In this document: piece after piece, positions 56,609 to 64,000 of the stretch
Position numbering within the stretch: position 1 is the stretch's first letter
Layout of the letters: the number at the start of each line of letters is the position of its first letter
Source of the DNA: an uncultured Planctomycetota bacterium
Lineage (GTDB): Bacteria; Planctomycetota; Planctomycetia; Isosphaerales; Isosphaeraceae
DNA: 64,000 nt
Reading direction: 5' to 3'
NCBI GenBank assembly: GCA_963845755.1
Contig: CAWJTV010000012.1
Coordinates: forward strand, 128,001-192,000
Program-made: the position numbers and the translations under genes
Notes under the pieces: generated by a model
The model's database searches: none
What the model was told of the DNA's origin: nothing
Seen by the model: only the letters and a program-made list of their open reading frames with translations

Positions 56609-58183
56609 ATGGCTACCAAGTCCCCGTCGAAGAACCGTCGCCCGTCGCAGCCGCATGCCCTTCATAAGCCTCGGGGGGTCATTCACCCGCGCGTCCAAGC
56701 GGTCGGACCGGAGCACTTCGGCTTGGTGTGCGTCGATTGCGCCAAGGCACGCTCCCGGATGATGTTCGCCGACTTCTACGGCCGAGTCCTGCTCGAGCCG
56801 ACCACCGTCGAACACAACCGATCCGACTTCGAGACCGCCGTGACGTCGGTTCGCGCGGCCATGGCCCGGCACGGCATCCGGGAGGTGATCGTGGTCGTCG
56901 AGCGCACCGGTCGCTATCACGGCCCGGTCCAGCGCAGCTTCCGCAAGGCGGGGTTCGAGGTCCGCATCGTTCATCCTTACACCACCAAGCAGTATCGACT
57001 CCCCGCCGACCCCGGCAACAAGACCGACGACACCGACCTCTCCGCCATCCACCGCGCCGCCGTCAACGGCTTCGGCCTGCTGGAGCCCGAACCCGACCCG
57101 GTCTATGCCCGACTCCAACTGCTGGCCAGGCACCGCCGCACCTCGGTGCAAAAGCGAGTCGTCCTCCAACAGCAGATGCTCGAGCATCTTCAATCGTTCA
57201 TGCCAGGATACTCGAAGTGCGTCGGCGATCTCTTCGGTTCTCCGGCCATCCTCTGGGTGGCCAGGGACCTCGGCTCGGCCGCGGCGATCGCCCAGATCGG
57301 CCTGGCCGGCTTGAGCCAACAGGTTCGACAGGCCGGCCTCCGAGTGTATCGGTCCACCCTGGAAAAGATCGTCGCTTGGGCCCGGTCGGCACCGTCGGCC
57401 GAGGAACCGGCGTCGCTCCATCACCGCATCTTCCTGGAGCTCGACGCCGACCAGGTCGCCAAGGCTCAAGCCATCCAGGCGGTCGAGGGTGACCTGGCCG
57501 GGCTCTTGGCCGGGACGCCCTACCTGCTCCTGCTGGGCATCGTCGGGATCAACGTGGTCTCGGCCGCCGAGTTCGCCGGCGAGATGGGGCCGATCGAGCG
57601 CTACACCAAGGCCCGAGCGATTACGGGCCGCGCCGGGTTGTTCCCCTCGCGGTACCAGAGCGACCAGGTCGATCGTCGCGACGGTGCGCTGGTCCGACAC
57701 GCCAATCGCGACCTGCGATCCGCCATCCTCACGATTGCAGATAACTTGATCAAATGCAATGATCACTTCGCGGTCCTGGCCGCGGGATGGCGGCTCAGGG
57801 GCAAGGACGCCCGTAGCGTCCGTGTCCAGGTCGCCGGTCGGTTCTGCCGGATCGCCTACCAGATGGTAGCCGGTCGGATGACCTTCCAACACCCCTGCGC
57901 TCAGCAGCGGGATCCCATCCTCGATAAACTGATCAGGTTTTCTCTTGAGCATATCATTCCACCTGATCAGCTCTCGCGAAACCTCGACGCCGCAGTGGCC
58001 CAACTCCCGCACACGGCGCATCGTGAGGAAGCGGCCGCTGTGGCGGAGGAGCTGGCTCGGGTCCCGAAATCGCGGGGAACGGGACCGCGCCAGCTAGACA
58101 CGATTCTCCCCGCCATCTTGGCCAAACTGGAGGGGAACCTGGTAAGATCACCGGAGTCAGGGGAGGCTGATCCCACAGAGTGA
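56609..58183 (+). CDS. IS110 DEDD recombinase with C-terminal extension
   Basis: VDCAK, VVERTGRYH, NKTDDTD, IVGINVVSAA..AGE, AGLFPSRYQSD; GGAGG RBS at 56595. Confidence 0.92.
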   Translation: MATKSPSKNRRPSQPHALHKPRGVIHPRVQAVGPEHFGLVCVDCAKARSRMMFADFYGRVLLEPTTVEHNRSDFETAVTSVRAAMARHGIREVIVVVERTGRYHGPVQRSFRKAGFEVRIVHPYTTKQYRLPADPGNKTDDTDLSAIHRAAVNGFGLLEPEPDPVYARLQLLARHRRTSVQKRVVLQQQMLEHLQSFMPGYSKCVGDLFGSPAILWVARDLGSAAAIAQIGLAGLSQQVRQAGLRVYRSTLEKIVAWARSAPSAEEPASLHHRIFLELDADQVAKAQAIQAVEGDLAGLLAGTPYLLLLGIVGINVVSAAEFAGEMGPIERYTKARAITGRAGLFPSRYQSDQVDRRDGALVRHANRDLRSAILTIADNLIKCNDHFAVLAAGWRLRGKDARSVRVQVAGRFCRIAYQMVAGRMTFQHPCAQQRDPILDKLIRFSLEHIIPPDQLSRNLDAAVAQLPHTAHREEAAAVAEELARVPKSRGTGPRQLDTILPAILAKLEGNLVRSPESGEADPTE

Positions 58184-58366
58184 CCATCCGGACCAGGGGC
58201 CGAACAACGTCGAATCTGTCCCCAAGGCGCAAAGCCGTGGAAAAGCGTGGCGCTCTGTCTCGGATCACCAACGTCGGATAAGGCTGTGTGGGGTCACTCC
58301 CCTGATAAACCAGTATGGCGAGACGTGATCCCTGACGAGACAGAGGTGGCCCCTGGTCGGGATTGG
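58184..58366 (+). ncRNA. Putative bridge/seek RNA of IS110 copy 1
   Basis: Closing stem CCGGACCAGGGGCC/GGCCCCTGGTCGGG. Loop 1 has TGTCCCC + GGAAAAG (target); loop 2 has GGCTGT + ACCAG (donor). Confidence 0.8.
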
Positions 58367-58491
58367 CCATCAAACGACATCTGTAAAACCCGCCGGTTCG
58401 GCGGGGATAGGGATCGTCCGTACATAGGTCCCAAATCGGCATCACGCCAATTCCCACATGGCTGTCTTTTCCCTTTCAAGGGATGTCCCCT

Positions 58492-60496
58492 GGTATGTGG
58501 CGAAGTGAGGTACTAAAGATTCTTGACCAGCAACAACAGGGGGGCCTGGGGGGGTCAAGGATCTTTCTACTGAACGCCCGAGCAGACTTCCAGAATGGGA
58601 GTTGGGTCTCTTCTCAACTCGATTCGGAGGTCCTGTTCCATGGCTACCAAGTCCCCGTCGAAGAACCGTCGCCGTCGCAGCCGCATGCCCTTCATAAGCC
58701 TCGGGGGGTCATTCACCCGCGCGTCCAAGCGGTCGGACCGGAGCACTTCGGCTTGGTGGCGTCGATTGCGCCAAGGCACGCTCCAGGATGATGCTCGCCG
58801 ACTTCTACGGCCGAGTCCTGCTCGAGCCGACCACCGTCGAACACAACAGATCCGACTTCGAGACCGCCGTGACGTCGCTTCGCGAGGCCATGGCCCGGCA
58901 CGGCATCCAGGACGTGATCGTGGTCGTCGAGCGCACCGGTCGCTATCACGGCCCGGTCCAGCGCAGCTTCCGCAAGGCGGGCTTCGAGGTCCGCATCGTT
59001 CATCCTTACACCACCAAGCAGTATCGACTCCCCGCCGACCCCGGCAACAAGACCGACGACACCGATCTCTCCGCCATCCACCGCGCCGCCGTCAACGGCT
59101 TCGGCCTGCTGGAGCCCGAACCCGACCCGATCTATGCCCGACTCCAACTGCTGGCCAGGCACCGCCGCACCTCGGTGCAAAAGCGAGTCGTCCTCCAACA
59201 GCAGATGCTCGAGCATCTTCAATCGTTCATGCCAGGATACTCGAAGTGCTTCGACGATCTCTTCGATTCTCCGGCCATCCTCTGGGTGGCCAGGGACCTC
59301 GGCTCGGCCGCGGCGATCGCCCAGATCGGCCTGGCCGGCTTGAGCCAACAGGTTCGACAGGCCGGCCTCCGAGTGTATCGGTCCACCCTGGAAAAGATCG
59401 TCGCTTGGGCCCGGTCGGCACCGTCGGCCGAGGAACCGGCGTCGCTCCATCACCGCATCTTCCTGGAGCTCGACGCCGACCAGGTCGCCAAGGCTCAAGC
59501 CATCCAGGCGGTCGAGGGTGACCTGGCCGGGCTCTTGGCCGGGACGCCCTACCTGCTCCTGCTGGGCATCGTCGGGATCAACGTGGTCTCGGCCGCCGAG
59601 TTCGCCGGCGAGATGGGGCCGATCGAGCGCTACACCAAGGCCCGAGCGATCACGGGCCGCGCCGGGTTGTTCCCCTCGCGGTACCAGAGCGACCAGGTCG
59701 ATCGTCGCGACGGTGCGCTGGTCCGACACGCCAATCGCGACCTGCGATCCGCCATCCTCACGATTGCAGATAACTTGATCAAATGCAATGATCACTTCGC
59801 GGTCCTGGCCGCGGGATGGCGGCTCAGGGGCAAGGACGCCCGTAGCGTCCGTGTCCAGGTCGCCGGTCGGTTCTGCCGGATCGCCTACCAGATGGTAGCC
59901 GGTCGGATGACCTTCCAACACCCCTGCGCTCAGCAGCGGGATCCCATCCTCGATAAACTGATCAGGTTTTCTCTTGAGCATATCATTCCACCTGATCAGC
60001 TCTCGCGAAACCTCGACGCCGCAGTGGCCCAACTCCCGCACACGGCGCATCGTGAGGAAGCGGCCGCTGTGGCGGAGGAGCTGGCTCGGGTCCCGAAATC
60101 GCGGGGAACGGGACCGCGCCAGCTAGACACGATTCTCCCCGCCATCTTGGCCAAACTGGAGGGGAACCTGGTAAGATCACCGGAGTCAGGGGAGGCTGAT
60201 CCCACAGAGTGACCATCCGGACCAGGGGCCGAACAACGTCGAATCTGTCCCCAAGGCGCAAAGCCGTGGAAAAGCGTGGCGCTCTGTCTCGGATCACCAA
60301 CGTCGGATAAGGCTGTGTGGGGTCACTCCCCTGATAAACCAGTATGGCGAGACGTGATCCCTGACGAGACCGAGGTGGCCCCTGGTCGGGATTGGCCATC
60401 AAACGACATCTGTAAAACCCGCCGGTTCGGCGGGGACAGGGATCGTCCGTACATAGGTCCCAAATCGGCATCACGCCAATTCCCACATGGCTGTCT
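58492..60496 (+). mobile_element. IS110-family element, copy 2 (recombinase 58640..60212, 5' indels)
   Basis: Same ends and CT cores (58490-91, 60495-96); several amino-acid differences from copy 1 in the N-terminal half. Confidence 0.9.
60213..60395 (+). ncRNA. Putative bridge/seek RNA of IS110 copy 2
   Basis: Near-identical to 58184..58366, with the same guide segments. Confidence 0.8.
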
Positions 60497-60506
60497 TTTC
60501 CCTTTC

Positions 60507-60530
60507 AAGGGATGTCCCCTTTTCCCTTTC
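60507..60530 (+). repeat. Intact (empty) unit of the 24-bp IS110 target repeat
   Basis: AAGGGATGTCCCCTTTTCCCTTTC; split copies flank both IS110s. Confidence 0.85.
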
Positions 60531-60685
60531 AAAACGAGCCGGCTTCCTCGGAGAAGGCCCAGGCGGGCTCGCTCACAGTTCCGGAGCGAGACGAGCTCGA
60601 TGAGTACATCGCGGTGGCCGACCACTTGGCCATCCTCCGATCCCAAGCCCGCCGGGCCTTGGAGCCCGCCAAGCCTTCGTCGTGA
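60531..60685 (+). pseudogene. 5'-truncated duplicate of antitoxin 54481..54732
   Basis: GCCGGCTTCCTC..GGAGAAGGCCCAGG..GAGCGAGACGAGCTCGATGAGTACATC matches about 54570-54730. Confidence 0.8.
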
Positions 60686-61104
60686 ATCCCATGCGCATCC
60701 GCACGAACCTCGTCCGGCGAGTGAGGGCGCGAGCAAGGGGACGGCGTGAATACTGTCATCTTCCCCAGGCGCCCTACAGGCTCATCTTTCCCCTCGATCA
60801 CATCCTCGCTAGCCAGCAAGGCGAAAGGACGCAGAGCGATAACCTGGGGGTCGTGTGACCGCGATTCAACCGGAACAACGGACCGAACATAGCTGGATCC
60901 GGCATCCGTAAACGTGAGATTATCAGGCTCTTTCATCCGCGTCGCGATCGGTGGGTGGATCACTTCCTGTGGCGTGGATCGCAGTTGATCGGCTTGACCC
61001 CAATCGGCCGTGCGACCATTCGCGTCCTCGCGATCAATCACCCCGATGCGATCAAGGTCCGGAGGGAGTTGATGGCCGAAAGCCTTTTCCCGCTTGATGA
61101 ATAA
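60682..61104 (+). pseudogene. HNH endonuclease pseudogene
   Basis: RARGRREYC..LDHI..DNL..*PRFN..RLFHPRRDRWVDHF.W..GLTPIGRATIRVL.IN; TGA at 60856 and lost Cys ligands. Confidence 0.8.
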
Positions 61105-61465
61105 ATCGGCTCCTCGGGGTCTCGGGCTCCTGGCGAACCCATGCCTGGCACCGCCTCGGGCAGATACACCGACTTCTGCTCCAGCAACGACCGCACTGAC
61201 GTGTTTCATGACACGGACCTCTGCGTGACACGGACTTCTGCTCTGTTTATTAAGGCTCTCCTGAGAAAGTGACAGCGCAGTTGTCATGTCATGACCCTGA
61301 CGTCTGCAAAGACGCCCTGTTCGCCCTGATGATCGCCGAGAGAAACTGGAAATAGGTCTGACCCAATCGCTCCTAATGTCTCTATTCTCCTCGCGCTCCG
61401 CGAAGACGATGAAGGTACGCGTTCAATCTCCCGTCCCAAGACCTACATGGCAGCCTTTCTTTCCT

Positions 61466-62773
61466 TCATCGCTCCCCCGTTAACGGCTTAGGCAACTCTC
61501 GAAGCGCGTCGGCCACGTCCCACAGTTTGATCGTATGATCCTTACTCGCCGTCGCCAGGAGCTTGCTGTCGGGAGAGAAAGCCAGGGAACGAATGAGCTT
61601 CTCATGGCCCTTCACAACAAGGGGCCGTCCGTAAGTCGTCGTCTCGATGAATCGGAGCATCCCGTCGGCGTCGCCCGTGGCGAGCAGCTTTCCGTCGGGA
61701 GAGTAGGCCATGCTGGTCACTGTCTCCTTATTCCCCGGCAAAGTACGCCACACCTCATTCGTGACCAGGGACCAAACTTGGACGTTGCCGGCAGCGCCCG
61801 GGGCAGCCAGGAACCTGCCATCGGGTGAGAATGTCAGGGTGTCCACTGGACCCTTGTGACGCTTGAGGACGGCCCTTTGTTCCCAAGTCTTGGTATCCCA
61901 TAAGACGATTGATCCTTCGTTCGTCGTGGCCAGGGTCGTGCCGTCCCGTGAGAACGCCACGTCGTCGCTGAATGGGAGACAGAAGGGGAGACTTCCGTTC
62001 CCGAGCGCTGCTCGAAACCGTTGGGAGGCGACGTTCCAGAGGAGGATTCGTCCTTCGAGGCCAGCAACGGAGATCAGCAGGGTCTTTCCGTCAGGAGAGT
62101 ACTCGAGACAAAAGACGATATCCGCAGTCTTGAGGATCACCCTCCGATTTCCTGTCGTAATGTCCCAGAGCTCGACGGTTTCATCCGGGATGTACCTTTG
62201 GTTGCCACGCTTATTAGGACGGTAAGACGAGCTCGTGGCCACAGTCTTGCCATCAGGAGAAAAGGCCAGATTTCGAATCCTCGTATTCCTCTTCGTGAAG
62301 ATGTCCCGCTGCCGACCGCTGGGGATCTCCCAAAGCCTCATCGTATCATCGCCATGGCTTCCCCCGGCCGAGACCAAGAGCTTACCGTCCGGCGAAAAGG
62401 CCACACCTCCTTCGACAGCATCCGTGTGTCCGCGGAGGACAGCCCGCGGCCGTAGATATTCCGCTTGGGCCTGGAAAGACTCCGAGACGAGGGCCAGGAA
62501 TCCCGTGAGCACTGCAAGTCGTCGAAGTTGGGGAAGGCCCGAGAAAGAACGTGTGGCCGGACGTTGTGCCCTCACGTCCGGCGACAGCCCTCGTCGAGAC
62601 CGTGGCGCTTCAACTCCCCGGGAAGGATTGATGATCATGATCGCCGCTCCAAAAAAACGGGCCGAGATTGCGTTAGTACCGTCGGCGTCAACAGGTGTTC
62701 CTGGCGAACTTATAGAGCCGAATAGAGCGAAATAGAGACACATCAAGAGCGGCTTACAGCGAACTGGAGGCAT
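61466..62773 (-). CDS. WD40-repeat protein (7-blade propeller)
   Basis: Seven GH..AFSPDGKLL..LWD-type repeats; intact frame. Confidence 0.9.
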   Translation of the reverse strand: MPPVRCKPLLMCLYFALFGSISSPGTPVDADGTNAISARFFGAAIMIINPSRGVEAPRSRRGLSPDVRAQRPATRSFSGLPQLRRLAVLTGFLALVSESFQAQAEYLRPRAVLRGHTDAVEGGVAFSPDGKLLVSAGGSHGDDTMRLWEIPSGRQRDIFTKRNTRIRNLAFSPDGKTVATSSSYRPNKRGNQRYIPDETVELWDITTGNRRVILKTADIVFCLEYSPDGKTLLISVAGLEGRILLWNVASQRFRAALGNGSLPFCLPFSDDVAFSRDGTTLATTNEGSIVLWDTKTWEQRAVLKRHKGPVDTLTFSPDGRFLAAPGAAGNVQVWSLVTNEVWRTLPGNKETVTSMAYSPDGKLLATGDADGMLRFIETTTYGRPLVVKGHEKLIRSLAFSPDSKLLATASKDHTIKLWDVADALRELPKPLTGER

Positions 62774-62861
62774 GAAAGCTCGGTCTTTCTCCGATCCATG
62801 CCGAAGACCGCTTAGCTCTCTCCTCCTGTCTCACGGTACAGGATCTGGGCCCATACCCACA

Positions 62862-64000
62862 TCATGAGCCGGATAATCTCTTGTTCGTGTCTAACCTCGG
62901 CAAGAATGGGGGTCCAGGCTGAGGGCGTACGTTCCGGAAGAACTCGGCGTAGAGCGGTCGGAGCCGGTCCGGATGCCATCGTTTGGCTTCTTTCCGACTT
63001 TTGGCGCTGTGCTCCTCGTACAAGGTCTGATCATCCCAGAGGCGAACGATCGCCTCCACCCACGGCTTGACCTCCGCTGCAGTCGGCAAGATTTCACTTG
63101 TCGCTCTCAGCCTCTTGGGTAGCGGCAGAACGAAGCCAGCGTCGCCCAGGGTTTCGGGAATTCCGCCCCGGTCGGAGCCAATAACTGGGATTCCATTGAT
63201 CATGGCTTCTATCGCGACTAAACCTTGGGTTTCCCACCATAACGAGGGCATTAGCAGGATCTTAGTGATACTCCAGAATCGACGGGGATCGGATGTGTTC
63301 GCCATGAACTGAATGTTGCCGTGAGCATTGGGATCCAAGCCGCAGGCAGCAAGTGTGTCCTTGGTCCCCCGACTCTCGACGACCAAGAATCGGATGTCAG
63401 GGCGGAGGCGGCCCAATTCGTCAGCGATGCGGGCGAACGGGTAGACACCTTTCTCAAGGGAAGGATTGACAAAGGTGACAAGGCGAGGATCGCGATCGTT
63501 CGCCAGAACGCGCTCCCAGGCGACCGGATTGGGTAGGGTGTGACAGGCCAGCCCGACGTTGTCCCAATAGAACCGGCGCGCAAACTCCGAGGGAACAGTG
63601 CAATAATCGATTCTCCAGAAAGGGCTCAGGCTGCGATACGAGAAGTTATGGACAACGAAGACCACAGGAATATCTCGTCGCTTGGCCAGAGCGACCATGC
63701 CGAGCGAGATTGAGTCAGAGTCAATTGTGAGAAGCACATCAGGTCGAAATGAATCCAAAGACCTCTCGAAAAAGCGCAGAACATCAGTCACCCTCTGATT
63801 TATCGGTTTTCCTAGCCAGCTCGAGCCGAGGTGGAAGACCGTGATGGGAACCTCGTGTAGGCGCGTGAAGAGGAGCGTCGCGCGACCAGAGCCGCAAACG
63901 GAATGTCTGAGCTGATAGGAAACGCCGGCCTTACGAAGGAAACCCTGGTAGGGGACGTCGGTGTCAAAGTCCAGCATCGATGCGCAGAACGCTTGACATT
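62862..64000 (-). CDS. GT4-family glycosyltransferase (5' end beyond window), paralog of 47488..48716
   Basis: TFVNPSLEKG, LMPSLWWETQGLVAIEAMINGIPVIGSDRGGIPE. Confidence 0.9.
   Translation of the reverse strand, partial: CQAFCASMLDFDTDVPYQGFLRKAGVSYQLRHSVCGSGRATLLFTRLHEVPITVFHLGSSWLGKPINQRVTDVLRFFERSLDSFRPDVLLTIDSDSISLGMVALAKRRDIPVVFVVHNFSYRSLSPFWRIDYCTVPSEFARRFYWDNVGLACHTLPNPVAWERVLANDRDPRLVTFVNPSLEKGVYPFARIADELGRLRPDIRFLVVESRGTKDTLAACGLDPNAHGNIQFMANTSDPRRFWSITKILLMPSLWWETQGLVAIEAMINGIPVIGSDRGGIPETLGDAGFVLPLPKRLRATSEILPTAAEVKPWVEAIVRLWDDQTLYEEHSAKSRKEAKRWHPDRLRPLYAEFFRNVRPQPGPPFLPRLDTNKRLSGS

Larger units (their letters stand above)
56460..58467 (+). mobile_element. IS110-family (IS1111-like) element, copy 1
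   Basis: Bounded by CT cores (56458-59, 58466-67); sub-terminal IR ATGTGGCGAA / TTCCCACAT; long downstream non-coding region. Confidence 0.9.

Noticed and set aside
60856..60858. In-frame TGA at a Cys position of the HNH gene as selenocysteine
   Set aside because: Other Zn-ligand cysteines are also lost (REYC, PRFN) and the upstream partner is truncated, so ordinary pseudogenisation is more likely.

Overview
High-GC bacterial DNA whose gene repertoire points to Planctomycetota, probably Isosphaeraceae-like. This is an inference from giant WD40 proteins, an ECF sigma factor with a long C-terminal extension, a Ser/Thr kinase, a DHOR-type di-heme protein and R-rich leader microproteins. It is an accessory, IS-rich region: IS3, IS1634, IS630, ISL3, two ISNCY-type, IS66, an IS701 remnant, ISKra4, two IS110 and a RAYT. 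It also has toxin-antitoxin pairs and a glycosyl/methyltransferase cluster. Many genes carry 1-bp frameshifts, probably partly uncorrected long-read errors, so pseudogene calls are tentative. Five signals stand out. (1) Nine co-oriented copies of a 28-bp 11-6-11 motif between 841 and 11361, several extended to about 75 bp with a sigma70-like promoter, separate short unrelated genes like a cassette array but are not attC sites. (2) Two IS110 copies sit at the same CT of consecutive units of a 24-bp tandem repeat, and their downstream RNA has guide segments matching both that target and the element junction. (3) A secreted FG-GAP protein has an in-frame TGA (W-U-C) and a SECIS-like hairpin. (4) An ORF-less group II intron of about 400 nt. 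(5) A 19x7-bp repeat controls the reading frame between two glycosyltransferase domains. No rRNA, tRNA or CRISPR array was seen.
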